In this document: in pieces, positions 39,405 to 49,037 of the stretch
Layout of the letters: each line of letters opens with the position of its first letter
Numbering within the stretch: the first letter of the stretch is position 1
NCBI GenBank assembly: GCA_965214705.1
Contig: OZ243972.1
Coordinates: forward strand, 2,272,001-2,336,000
Direction of reading: 5' to 3'
DNA: 64,000 nt
DNA from: Alphaproteobacteria bacterium
Lineage (GTDB): Bacteria; Pseudomonadota; Alphaproteobacteria; UBA828
The notes under the pieces: generated by a model
Seen by the model: only the letters and a program-made list of their open reading frames with translations
The model's database searches: none
What the model was told of the DNA's origin: nothing
Program-made: the position numbers and the translations under genes

Positions 39405-41196
39405 GGCAGGGAAGGACGCCTCCCCACATGGGGAAGACCTGCGCAAGTGGTGCCGCCGCGCAATCGCTTTGTTGAGTGGGGCCGTGGCCGCCGGTCTGAT
39501 CGGCGGGTCAAGCATCACCGGTCTCACGGCGGCCGATCCGCCGTCTCCTCCCATGCCGCCGGAGCCCGCGGCCAGCGCTTACCGGGAGGAGGCCTCGCCG
39601 CTCGGCAACTATCTTGTCGGCCGTTACGCTCATGCCCGCGGTGACTATGCTGCGGCAGCCCAGCACCTTCAGCGCGTGCTGATCGAGGATCCGGACAATC
39701 CCTCTCTCCTGCGCCGCTCCGTATCCCTGCTGGTCGCCGACGGACGGGTGGAAGAGGCAGCCACGCTGGCCGAGCGCCTCCTCGATATCGAGGCAAGCGG
39801 ACGTCTGGCGCAATTCGTTCTCGCGCTGCGGGATGCGCGCAACAGCGACTACGAAGAGGCGCTGGAACGAATCGGCGAGATTGAGCGGAAGAGTGTCTAT
39901 GCCCTGCTGGTACCGCTCGCCGAGGCGTGGATGCACACCGGAGCCGGCTCGGACGCGGCGTCGCTGGCGGCGTTGGCACCGCTCGGGGATCGCGATTCAT
40001 ACAAGTCCTTCTTCAACCTCCATGCCGGCCTGATAAATGATCTCGCCGGGCGCGAGGCGGAGGCCGAGGCACTGCTGCGGAAAGAGATCGCGACCTCCAG
40101 CGGCTCGCACCGCCCGGTGGTGGCGCTCGGCAGCGTACTGATGCGGGCCGGGCGCGTCGTCGAGGCCCGTGCGATCTACGAAGAGTACCGTGACCAGAAC
40201 CCCGGCATCATCTGGGTCGAACGCGTGTTGGCGGCGGTCGAAGCCGGCGAGGCGGTACCGCCCCTCGTCTCGGATGCGCGCGAGGGGCTGGCGGAGGCTC
40301 TGCTGGGCGCGGCGGCCTCGGTGCCGCAGCGGGACAACGGCGAAGCCGCGCTGATTTACGCGCGCCTTGCGCTCTTCCTCCGCGACGATCTGGACTCGGC
40401 CCGTTTCCTGATCGGCGAAATTCTCGAAGACGCCGAGCGGCTGGAGGCTGCGGTGGATGCTTACCGGTCCATTCCGGACGGGTCGGACTTCTCCTGGGCG
40501 GCACAACTCCGCGCTGCGAGCGGTCTCGCGGATCTCGACCGTCTGGATGAGGCGGTCACGACGCTGAGGCGCATGGCGGATGAGCAGCCCGAGCGCACCG
40601 ACGCCGTCTCCGTCCTCGGCGACGTGTTCAGGAGGGATGAGCAATACGCGGAGGCCGCCTCAGCCTACGACATCGCGGTCGGGCGGATCGAGACGGTCGA
40701 ATATCGCCACTGGCGCCTGTTCTACGTGCGCGGCATCGCGTTCGAGCGCCTGGGCGAGTGGCCCAAGGCTGAGGCCGACTTCAAACGCGCGCTCGAGCTG
40801 GAGCCCGATCAACCGCTGGTGCTCAATTACCTCGGCTATTCCTGGGTGGAGCAGCTCCACAATCTCGACGAAGCCAAGTCGATGATCGAGAAAGCCGTCG
40901 AGCTCCGGCCGGACGACGGCTATATCGTCGACAGCCTCGGTTGGGTGGCCTACAGGCTGGGCGACTTCGAGGAGGCGGTCCACCAGCTTGAGCGGGCGGT
41001 GGAGCTGGTGGCGGGCGATCCGATCATCAACGATCACCTGGGCGACGCCTATTGGCAGGTGGGCCGGGTCAACGAAGCCCGATTCCAATGGCGCCGCGTG
41101 CTCACCCTCAAGCCGGAGGACGACCTGGCCGCCCAAGTCACGCGCAAGATCGCGGACGGTCTCTCGGCTGCGGCGGAGGCGGACGACGCCCATTAG
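39391..41196 (+). CDS. Tetratricopeptide repeat protein
   Basis: [26 protein letters not shown] TPRs; etfQO-TPR-ispE synteny; exact start uncertain. Confidence 0.9.
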   Translation: MPTCRAGKDASPHGEDLRKWCRRAIALLSGAVAAGLIGGSSITGLTAADPPSPPMPPEPAASAYREEASPLGNYLVGRYAHARGDYAAAAQHLQRVLIEDPDNPSLLRRSVSLLVADGRVEEAATLAERLLDIEASGRLAQFVLALRDARNSDYEEALERIGEIERKSVYALLVPLAEAWMHTGAGSDAASLAALAPLGDRDSYKSFFNLHAGLINDLAGREAEAEALLRKEIATSSGSHRPVVALGSVLMRAGRVVEARAIYEEYRDQNPGIIWVERVLAAVEAGEAVPPLVSDAREGLAEALLGAAASVPQRDNGEAALIYARLALFLRDDLDSARFLIGEILEDAERLEAAVDAYRSIPDGSDFSWAAQLRAASGLADLDRLDEAVTTLRRMADEQPERTDAVSVLGDVFRRDEQYAEAASAYDIAVGRIETVEYRHWRLFYVRGIAFERLGEWPKAEADFKRALELEPDQPLVLNYLGYSWVEQLHNLDEAKSMIEKAVELRPDDGYIVDSLGWVAYRLGDFEEAVHQLERAVELVAGDPIINDHLGDAYWQVGRVNEARFQWRRVLTLKPEDDLAAQVTRKIADGLSAAAEADDAH

Positions 41197-41206
41197 TGAG
41201 CCGGCT

Positions 41207-42103
41207 GTGATCCGGGTGGAGGCGCCGGCCAAGCTCAACCTCTACCTCCACGTGACCGGACGGCACGCCGACGGCTATCACGAGCTGGACAGCCTCGTCA
41301 CCTTCACCGCGCTCGCCGATACGCTAGAGATTGCGTCGGCCGATGCCCTCTCCCTTATCGCGAGCGGGCCGTTCGCCGAAGCCTTGGGCACGGGCGACAA
41401 CCTGGCGACGCGGGCGGCGGTGGCGCTGGCGGAGAGGCTCGGTCGACCCGCCGACGTGCGAATCACGTTACAGAAGCGCATCCCCGTCGCGGCGGGCCTC
41501 GGCGGCGGCTCGGCGGACGCGGCCGCGGTGCTGCGCGGCCTCGCCCAGCTGTGGGGTCTCGGTGCCGCGCACGCGAGCGATCTTCAGGATGTCGCGCTCG
41601 GCCTCGGCGCCGATGTGCCGGTCTGCCTCCACGCGCGGGCTGCCTACATGACCGGCATAGGCGAGGTGTTGAGCGCGCCGCCGCCGCTGCCGCCCTGCGC
41701 GGCGCTCCTGGTCAATCCCGGCGTTCCGGTGCCCACCGGGGCGATCTTCGCCGCAAGGCAGGGGCCGTTCTCGGTCGCTCAGCGCTTTCAAGAGAGCCCA
41801 ACCGACGCGGCGGCGCTGGCTCGGCTTCTCCGCACCCGCCGCAACGACCTTGAGCGGCCCGCACTCGCTCACGCGCCGGAGGTCGGACATGTTCTGGCCC
41901 GGCTCGGTGCGGCGCCCGGCTGCCTGCTCGCCCGCATGTCCGGCTCGGGCGGCACCTGCTTTGGCCTGTTCGCGGATGAGGCGGAGGCTACCCACGCCGC
42001 CCGCGCCATCGCCCGCGATCATCCCGGCTGGTGGGTACAGGCGACGCATCTGGTTCACGAGGGCGAGACGGCCGGCGTATCGGACGCACTTGGCGGAGCG
42101 TGA
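41207..42103 (+). CDS. ispE: 4-diphosphocytidyl-2-C-methyl-D-erythritol kinase
   Basis: APAKLNLYLH, IPVAAGLGGGSADAA, LGADVP, RMSGSG. Confidence 0.96.
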   Translation: MIRVEAPAKLNLYLHVTGRHADGYHELDSLVTFTALADTLEIASADALSLIASGPFAEALGTGDNLATRAAVALAERLGRPADVRITLQKRIPVAAGLGGGSADAAAVLRGLAQLWGLGAAHASDLQDVALGLGADVPVCLHARAAYMTGIGEVLSAPPPLPPCAALLVNPGVPVPTGAIFAARQGPFSVAQRFQESPTDAAALARLLRTRRNDLERPALAHAPEVGHVLARLGAAPGCLLARMSGSGGTCFGLFADEAEATHAARAIARDHPGWWVQATHLVHEGETAGVSDALGGA

Positions 42104-42112
42104 CAGGGACGC

Positions 42113-42565
42113 TCAAGGCGGCAGGCGCACCGTCTCCAGCCAGTGGGCCTTCACGACCTCGGCCACCGAGACCATGTCGTCGAAGGCCGACGGCTTGACC
42201 ATGTAGGCGTTGGCGCCGAGCGCGTAGCTCGCCGCGATGTCCCGCTCCTCGTCCGAGGTCGTCAGCACCACCACGGGGATGCGGCAGAGCTCCCGCTCGT
42301 CGCGCAGTTGTTCCAGCACCTCGGTGCCGTTGAGCTTCGGCATGTTGAGGTCGAGCAGAATCAGGCTCGGCCTGGGCGCGGCTTCCGGATCGGCGTAGTC
42401 GCCGCGGCGTTTGAGATAGTCCAGCAGCTCGGCACCGTCATGGACGACATAGAGCGGGCAGGTGATGTCCGCCCGACGCAGGGCCTTTTCGGTAAGAAGG
42501 CAATCGGCCGGGTCGTCGTCTGCCATGAGGAGGACGGTGCGCTCGCTTGTGTCGGCTCTCACCAT
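42113..42565 (-). CDS. Single-domain response regulator (Rcp1-like)
   Basis: ADDD, ILLDLNMP, VLTTS, YMVKP. Confidence 0.93.
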   Translation of the reverse strand: MVRADTSERTVLLMADDDPADCLLTEKALRRADITCPLYVVHDGAELLDYLKRRGDYADPEAAPRPSLILLDLNMPKLNGTEVLEQLRDERELCRIPVVVLTTSDEERDIAASYALGANAYMVKPSAFDDMVSVAEVVKAHWLETVRLPP

Positions 42566-42581
42566 CCTCCCCTCCCGGCGT

Positions 42582-43505
42582 CTACGCGGCGCCGGCTGTG
42601 CCGGCCGGCCCCTCGGCTTTGGTCACGAGACGCAGCGCAAGCGACGGAAAGGCCGCGACGGCGCCGGCGAAGGCGATGAAATCGATCGGCGTCTCGATGA
42701 AGACCGGCTCCGCCGGCCCCGCCCAGGGCAGGTCGGCGCGGTCGTCCCTGGAGCCGCCCAGCAGGATCACCGGCAGGTCGCGGAGCGCCGGGGTGGCGGC
42801 GATCTCGGCGAGCGCATGGCGCCCTTCTGTCTGTTGCAGGCCGGGGTCGAGAATGACGAGATCCGGCCGTGGCGCGGGCGTGCCGTCGCCGTGGACATGC
42901 CGCCCCTGCAAATGGTCCAGCAGCGCGGCGCCGTTGGTTACGTAGGTGAGGGCGTTGCCCAGGCCCGCAGCCTGCAGCGTCTTGGTCGCCTGCAGGCAAT
43001 CCTCCGGGTCGTCGTCCGCCATGACGATGACCGCGGGCCGCACCGCGTCGCCAGAGCCGGACGGAACCGCGAGTTCATAGCTGCAGCTTTTCAGCCGTAG
43101 CACGGCGTCGTGCAGCTTGGCGAAGGTCACCGGCTTCACCAGATAGGCATACGCGCCGAGATTGTAGCTGTCGGAGATGTCCAAGCTGGCCTCGGAGGCT
43201 GTGAGGATGACGATCGGTATCTTTCTCAGGGCCGGCCTGAGGTTGATCTCCCAGAGCGAGTCGAGCCCCGCCATGTTGGGCATGTTGAGATCGAGCAGGA
43301 TCAGGTCGGGGCGGGGCGAGGAGCCGGGATCGGAGAACTTGCCGCTCCGCCCGAGGTAGTCGAGCAGTTCCTGGCCGTCCTGCACGAAGCGCAACTCGTT
43401 GCCGAGCCGCGCCTTCTGCAACGTCTTCTTGGTCAGCAGGCAGTCCTCGGGGTCGTCATCCGCCATCAGGATCAGGACTGGTTTGGTATTCGGCGCGGTG
43501 GTCAT
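42582..43505 (-). CDS. Tandem receiver (REC-REC) protein
   Basis: Two MADDDPEDCL...PRPDL repeats, no output domain. Confidence 0.88.
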   Translation of the reverse strand: MTTAPNTKPVLILMADDDPEDCLLTKKTLQKARLGNELRFVQDGQELLDYLGRSGKFSDPGSSPRPDLILLDLNMPNMAGLDSLWEINLRPALRKIPIVILTASEASLDISDSYNLGAYAYLVKPVTFAKLHDAVLRLKSCSYELAVPSGSGDAVRPAVIVMADDDPEDCLQATKTLQAAGLGNALTYVTNGAALLDHLQGRHVHGDGTPAPRPDLVILDPGLQQTEGRHALAEIAATPALRDLPVILLGGSRDDRADLPWAGPAEPVFIETPIDFIAFAGAVAAFPSLALRLVTKAEGPAGTAGAA

Positions 43506-43512
43506 CGTGCGC

Positions 43513-45132
43513 TTACCGGGGCTGCCGGCGGGGCAGGGTCACCGTGAAGGTGGCGCCCTCGCCCGGCGTGCCGGTTGCGGTGATCTGGCCGTGATGGCGC
43601 AAGACGATCTTCTCGCAGATCGCAAGGCCGATACCGGCGCCCTCGTACTGGTGGCGCGCGTGCAACCGTTTGAAGGGCTGGAACAGCTTGCTGCCCTGGG
43701 ACGGTTCGAAGCCGATGCCGTTGTCCGACACGACGACGGTGTGCGCGGGTCCTGGAATCGCGGCGAGAGGCTCCGCCTCGGCCGCCATCCGCACCGTGAC
43801 TCGCGGCGCGACGCCCGGCTTGCGGAACTTGAGCGCATTGCCGATGAGGTTGCGGAAGAGTTGATCCATCTGGGTGCGGTCCGCCTCGATCGTCGGCGCC
43901 TCGGCAACGTCCACTTGGCCGTCGGACTCCTCGAGCGACACAGAGAGATCCGAGAGTACGGTGTCGAATACCTCGCTCAAGGACAAGTCCTCGAAGGGCT
44001 GCGCCGCCGTGGTGACCCGGGAGAGAGCCAGAATATCGCTGACCAGAGTCTGCATCCGGGCCGCCGCGTCGGTCATGAAGTCGATGTATTGGCGCCCTTC
44101 CTCGTCCACGCTCTCCCGCTTCTCCTCCGCTAGCAGGGCGCCGAAGGCCCTGATCTTGCGCAGCGGCTCCTGCAGGTCGTGGGAGGCGACGTAGGCAAAC
44201 TGCTCGAGCTCCTCGTTGGAGCGGGCGAGGTCGCGCGCGTGGCGCTCCAGCGCTTCCTTGGCCTGCTTCTGCTCGGTGATGTCGCGCACGATCCCCATGA
44301 TTCGCACCGGCGTGCCCGCTTCGTCACGCACGAGGATGGAGCGAACGGCGATGGGAAAGACCGACCCGTTCTTGCGGATGTACTCCTTCTCGTATTCGTC
44401 GGTGTAGCCGCGCGACATGAGCTGCTTGTCGACGATCTCGGCCTCCATCGCCGCCCAGCGGGTCGGTGTGAGCTGCTGATAGGTCACGCCGATGAGTTCG
44501 GCGAGCTCATAGCCCAGCATGTCGAGGTAGGCGTCGTTCGCCTCTTCGACGGGGCCGTCGAGGCCGACGAAGACCACGCCGTCGTGGCTCAGGTCGAAGA
44601 GGCTGCGGTAGCGCTTTTCGGATGCTCTGAGCGCCTCCTCCTTCTCCTTCAGCTCCGTGATGTCGCGGACGATGCCCATGAAGCGGACTGGCCGGCCGTC
44701 CAGGTCCCGCACCAGGATGGTGCGCAGGCTGATCGGCGCGATGGAGCCATCCTTGCGCACGTATTCCTTCTCGTACTCGTCCGAGAAGCCGCGCCGCATC
44801 ACCTGCGTCTCGATGATCTCCGCCTCGCCGGCGCGCCACTTCTCGGGCGTGAGGTCCTGATAGGTGTGCGTGGAGATCTCGTCCCGGTCGTAGCCGACGA
44901 GATCGAGATAGGCCTGGTTCATCTCCTCGATGTGGCCTTCGAGATCGACGAACACGATCCCGTCCCGGCTCATCTCGAAGAGGGAGCGGAACCGGCCCCG
45001 CGACGTGCGGCCTGCGTCGCGGTCGCGCCGGGCCTCGGCAAGCGCCTGCTCCAGCGCCGCGATCCGCTGCCGCAGCGCCTCGTCATCGGCAGTCGCGGGG
45101 GCGCGCTCCAGCGGCCTTGCCTCAGCCGTCAT
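43513..45132 (-). CDS. Cytoplasmic PAS-PAS sensor histidine kinase
   Basis: Two PAS/PAC domains, ASHDLQEPLRKI H-box, NLIGNALKF, DNGIG, GAGIGLA; no TM segment. Confidence 0.94.
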   Translation of the reverse strand: MTAEARPLERAPATADDEALRQRIAALEQALAEARRDRDAGRTSRGRFRSLFEMSRDGIVFVDLEGHIEEMNQAYLDLVGYDRDEISTHTYQDLTPEKWRAGEAEIIETQVMRRGFSDEYEKEYVRKDGSIAPISLRTILVRDLDGRPVRFMGIVRDITELKEKEEALRASEKRYRSLFDLSHDGVVFVGLDGPVEEANDAYLDMLGYELAELIGVTYQQLTPTRWAAMEAEIVDKQLMSRGYTDEYEKEYIRKNGSVFPIAVRSILVRDEAGTPVRIMGIVRDITEQKQAKEALERHARDLARSNEELEQFAYVASHDLQEPLRKIRAFGALLAEEKRESVDEEGRQYIDFMTDAAARMQTLVSDILALSRVTTAAQPFEDLSLSEVFDTVLSDLSVSLEESDGQVDVAEAPTIEADRTQMDQLFRNLIGNALKFRKPGVAPRVTVRMAAEAEPLAAIPGPAHTVVVSDNGIGFEPSQGSKLFQPFKRLHARHQYEGAGIGLAICEKIVLRHHGQITATGTPGEGATFTVTLPRRQPR

Positions 45133-46177
45133 CGATCAGGTCCTCGGCGTAGGCGAAGAGTGCAGGCATGCCGCCGGTGTGGACGAAGACCACCGTCTCG
45201 TCCGCGCCGACCGCGCCGCGCTTCACGTGATCGATGAGCCCTGCCATGGCTTTGCCGGAATAGACGGGGTCGAGGAAGATGCCCTCGGTCTCGGCCACCA
45301 GCCCGATGGCGGCGCGCGCCTCCGGCGAGAGCACGCCGTAGTCCTCGCCGATATGGTCCTCGTCGGTGACGAAGTCGGCGGGGTCGATCGCGAGATTGAG
45401 ATCGAGCGCACGCGCCGTCGCCGTGGCGACCCGCGCGATGTCGAGTTCCCTCGGCTCTTCCCAGCGGATGGGGCTGATCGCCGCTACACGGGCCCTGCGG
45501 CCCAGCGCGCGCAAGCCCGTGACGAGGCCCGCCGGGGTGTTGTTGGCGCCGCAGATGAAGACCTGGGTGGGGTCGATCCCCGCCTCTTCGAACTGGGCAT
45601 CCAGCTCGATCGCCGTGCCGACGTAGCCGAGCGCCGCCAACACCTGCTGGTCGAGGGCGAAGGGCGCGATCACGAAGGGTTTTCGGCCGGCCGCTTCGAG
45701 GGCGCGGGCCTTCTCGTCGAGCAGCGGCTGGATCTTCTCCATGCTATCGATGTCGACCACGGTCACGTCCGCGCCCATCAGGCGGTCGAGTAGCAGATTG
45801 CCCTGTACCCTCGGCCCCTTGACCCCGTGGATCAGCACCAGCGAAACCGCGAGACCGTGCTTGCACGCCGCTGCCGTGATCTGCCGGCACCAGTTGGACT
45901 GCGTGTAGGCGCCCGCGACCACCGTATCGGCGCCCGATTTCAGGATCTCGGCGAAGGTGAACTCCAGATGGCGCGTCTTGTTGCCGCCGAACGCCAGCCC
46001 GGTGAGGTCGTCCCGCTTGATGTAGAGAGCGCGCACGCCGATCGCCTCGGCAAGGCGGGGGCAGGGGTCGAGCGGTGTCGGCAGATGTGCGAGCCGGATG
46101 CGCGGATGCTGAGCAAGACGGGCGGCGAGATCGTCTCTCGTCACCGTTGCCTCCGCACGTGCCTCCGCCACCGCCAT
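45122..46177 (-). CDS. PLP-dependent D-cysteine desulfhydrase/ACC deaminase family enzyme (divergent)
   Basis: HLPTPL, KRDD..G...GGNKTR, LDPVYSGK, HTGG. Confidence 0.88.
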   Translation of the reverse strand: MAVAEARAEATVTRDDLAARLAQHPRIRLAHLPTPLDPCPRLAEAIGVRALYIKRDDLTGLAFGGNKTRHLEFTFAEILKSGADTVVAGAYTQSNWCRQITAAACKHGLAVSLVLIHGVKGPRVQGNLLLDRLMGADVTVVDIDSMEKIQPLLDEKARALEAAGRKPFVIAPFALDQQVLAALGYVGTAIELDAQFEEAGIDPTQVFICGANNTPAGLVTGLRALGRRARVAAISPIRWEEPRELDIARVATATARALDLNLAIDPADFVTDEDHIGEDYGVLSPEARAAIGLVAETEGIFLDPVYSGKAMAGLIDHVKRGAVGADETVVFVHTGGMPALFAYAEDLIDDG

Positions 46178-46282
46178 GCCACTCCTCCGCCGGCCTATTG
46201 AGCATCCTATCGCCGGCGGGAAGCGCCCGGCAACCGAGGGCGGCGAATGCGCTTGCTGACTGGTGCTGGTAAGGGCTTTGGG

Positions 46283-48160
46283 CTACGCAGGCCCCGCGCG
46301 TTCCAGCGCTTCCGCCGCCGCGAGCCAATCGCCCTCGGCCGCCGCCTCGGCCCGCTTCGCCTGCGCCAGCTCCTTGCCCAGGGCGGCGATCCGCGCGGCA
46401 TCGTTCGCCTGGGCGGCCGAGGCGAGAGCCGCCTGCAGCGATCGTTGCGCCTCCTGCGCTTGGGCGATCCGTTGCTCCGCTGCGGCCACGGCATCCTTGA
46501 GCGGCTTTTGCCTGGCCCGGACCGCCGCCGCGGCCTGCCGCGCGGCCTTGCGTGCGGGTGGCGGGCGACTCTCGCGGCCGTTGCCGTCCGCCCGCTTCCC
46601 GTCGCCGCCGAGGATCTCGGCACGGTAGTCGGCGAGGTCGCCATCGTAGGCGCGCACCGTGCCGTCCTGCACCAGCCACAGCCGGTCGGCCACGAGCTGG
46701 ACCAGGTGCATGTCGTGGGTGATCAGTACGACCGCGCCGTCGTAGGCCTCCAGCGCTTCGACCAGCGCGTGCCGGCTCTGGATGTCGAGATGGTTGGTCG
46801 GCTCGTCCAGCACCAGCAGCTGCGGCGCCCGGTGCGAGATCAGCGCGAGATTGAGCCGCGCCTTCTCCCCGCCCGAGAGCGCGGCGACCGCCACGTCCGC
46901 CTTCTCCCCGCCGAAGCCGAAAGCGCCGAGGCGGGCACGGACCCGTTCCGGCTCAGCGTCGGGCATGAGCCGCGCAAGGTGGCCGAACGCCGTGCCCTCG
47001 GGCTCCAGCGTGTCGATCTGGTGCTGCGCGAAGTAGCCGACCGCGAGGCTCGGTGCCCGCGTCATCGTGCCCCGCTCAGGCTGCAGCATGTCGGCCAGCA
47101 GCTTGGCGAAGGTGGATTTGCCGTTGCCGTTCGCGCCGAGCAGCGCCACCCGCTCGTCCGGGTCGATGCGCTGGCTGACCCCGCGCAGCACGGGGCGGCC
47201 CGGCTCGTAGCCGACGGCGACGCCCGCCAGGCTCATCAGCGGCGGCGCCAGCGCTGTGGGCTCGGGGAAGGTCAGGTCCGGCGTCCGCTCGTCGATCACC
47301 ATCGGCACGTCGGCGAGCTTCGCGAGTGCCTTGAGCCGGCTCTGCGCCTGCCGCGCCTTGCTCGCCTTGTAGCGAAAGCGGTCGACGAAGCCCTGAAGGT
47401 GGCGCCGCTTGGCGTCGATACGGGCCTGCTGGGCGCGCGCCGTGGCGAGAGACTCGGCATAAGTCTTCGCGAAGCGCGTGTAGTTGCCGGGGTAGTGGGT
47501 CAGGCCCCCGCCCGCCATGTGGAGGATGCCCTCCGGCACGGCATCGAGCAGGGTGCGGTCGTGGCTCACCACGACCAGCGCCCGCGGGTAGCGCTTCAGG
47601 TGAGCCTCCAGCCACGCGGCCGCCTCGAGATCGAGGTGGTTGGTCGGCTCGTCCAGCAGCAGCAGGTCGGGCTCGACGAAGAGCGCGGCGGCGAGCGCGA
47701 CCCGCATGCGCCAGCCGCCGGAGAGGTCGGCGAGCGGCACCTGCTGCATCGCCTCGTCGATGCCGAGGCCGGCGAGCAGGCGCGCAGCCCGCGCCGGGGC
47801 CGCGTGCGCGCCGATTTCCGCGAGCCGGGCCTCGATTTCGGCGCGGCGGGCTCCCTCGGCGCCCTCCGCCTCGGCGATCAGGGCCACGCGTTCCTCGTGC
47901 GCCGCGAGCACGGCGGCGCGCGGTGTCTCCGGGCCGCCCGGCACCTCCTGGTCGACCAGCCGCACGGCAAGCCCGCGCGTGCGGAGGATCGTGCCCTCGT
48001 CGGGCTCGAGGCGGCCCGCGACGAGGCGCAGCAGGGTCGTCTTGCCACAGCCGTTGCGCCCCACCAGCCCGAGCCTCTGGCGGGCGCCGATCTGCGCGGT
48101 CACGCCCTCGAAGAGGAGGCGTCCCTCGACCCGGTAGGCGATGTTCTGCAGGGTCAGCAT
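46283..48160 (-). CDS. ABC-F family ATPase
   Basis: GRNGCGKT, LSGGWRMR, DEPTNHLD twice, GANGNGKS, coiled-coil tail, no TM. Confidence 0.94.
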   Translation of the reverse strand: MLTLQNIAYRVEGRLLFEGVTAQIGARQRLGLVGRNGCGKTTLLRLVAGRLEPDEGTILRTRGLAVRLVDQEVPGGPETPRAAVLAAHEERVALIAEAEGAEGARRAEIEARLAEIGAHAAPARAARLLAGLGIDEAMQQVPLADLSGGWRMRVALAAALFVEPDLLLLDEPTNHLDLEAAAWLEAHLKRYPRALVVVSHDRTLLDAVPEGILHMAGGGLTHYPGNYTRFAKTYAESLATARAQQARIDAKRRHLQGFVDRFRYKASKARQAQSRLKALAKLADVPMVIDERTPDLTFPEPTALAPPLMSLAGVAVGYEPGRPVLRGVSQRIDPDERVALLGANGNGKSTFAKLLADMLQPERGTMTRAPSLAVGYFAQHQIDTLEPEGTAFGHLARLMPDAEPERVRARLGAFGFGGEKADVAVAALSGGEKARLNLALISHRAPQLLVLDEPTNHLDIQSRHALVEALEAYDGAVVLITHDMHLVQLVADRLWLVQDGTVRAYDGDLADYRAEILGGDGKRADGNGRESRPPPARKAARQAAAAVRARQKPLKDAVAAAEQRIAQAQEAQRSLQAALASAAQANDAARIAALGKELAQAKRAEAAAEGDWLAAAEALERAGPA

Positions 48161-48269
48161 GGCTGGCCGGATATCTGCGCCGCCCGCGCCCGCGACGCAA
48201 GGCCGACGGACGGCTCGCTCATGGATGTGCGACAATGACCGACGAAACAGAGTTGAGGGAGAGCACTCC

Positions 48270-48602
48270 ATGCTGATCGTCGCCGTCGTTTTCGAGTTCG
48301 TGCCTGGCGGGTTCGACCGCATCAAGGCCGCGGTCGTCGATGCCATCGAGAACTCGCGCAAGGAGCCCGGCGCCCAGATCTACGACTGGGCCATCGATGT
48401 CACCGCGCCCAACCGTGCCATCATCTTCGAGGTCTGGGACGATCAGGCGGCGCTCGATGCGCACTTCACTCATCCCTACATGGACACACTGGTCGCGGCG
48501 CTGACCGCAGCCAACATCCGCGGCGACATCACCCATTACTCGGCGGAGATATACGACGTGAGCGGCAAGCGCGACATGGGGTTCCGGCTGCCGACCGAGT
48601 AG
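48270..48602 (+). CDS. ABM-domain (putative quinol monooxygenase) protein
   Basis: SRKEPG..Y, FEVWDDQAALDAHF..PYM. Confidence 0.85.
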   Translation: MLIVAVVFEFVPGGFDRIKAAVVDAIENSRKEPGAQIYDWAIDVTAPNRAIIFEVWDDQAALDAHFTHPYMDTLVAALTAANIRGDITHYSAEIYDVSGKRDMGFRLPTE

Positions 48603-48623
48603 GCGCCCGGAGGGGAGACCGCC

Positions 48624-49037
48624 GTGAGCGCCGGCCCCATCGCGCCGCCCTTCGACGAGGCCGCCGCCCGCGCCGTCGTCCAGGCGTTCGAGGACGCCTG
48701 GAACCGCAGGGTCGCCGACGAAATCCCGCTCACCTGCACGCCGGACACGCGCTGGCGCTATCGCGACGCCTTCGTCGAAGGGCGGGACAACATTGTGCCG
48801 TTCCTGCTGGCGCGCTGGCCCATCCAGCAGCACTACAGGCTTAGGAAGGAGCTCTGGAGCTTCACGGCGAACCGCATTTCGGTGCGCTTCGTCAGCGAGT
48901 GGCGCCACCGCGACAGCGGCCAGTGGTACCGGACCTTCGGCAACGAGCACTGGGAGTTCGCGCCCGACGGGCTGCAGAGCGTGCTCGATCTCTCCGCCAA
49001 CGACCTCCCGATCGACGAGGCCGAGCGAACGCTCTGA
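48624..49037 (+). CDS. DUF1348 / NTF2-like protein
   Basis: EDAWN, YRLRKELW, NRISVRF..EW, WYRTFGNEHWEF. Confidence 0.88.
   Translation: MSAGPIAPPFDEAAARAVVQAFEDAWNRRVADEIPLTCTPDTRWRYRDAFVEGRDNIVPFLLARWPIQQHYRLRKELWSFTANRISVRFVSEWRHRDSGQWYRTFGNEHWEFAPDGLQSVLDLSANDLPIDEAERTL

Noticed and set aside
43513-45132. Phytochrome or LOV photoreceptor
   Set aside because: No GAF/PHY domain and no NCRFLQ motif.
45122-46177. ACC deaminase (acdS)
   Set aside because: Lacks the diagnostic Glu (PVYE) and Leu (HLGG).
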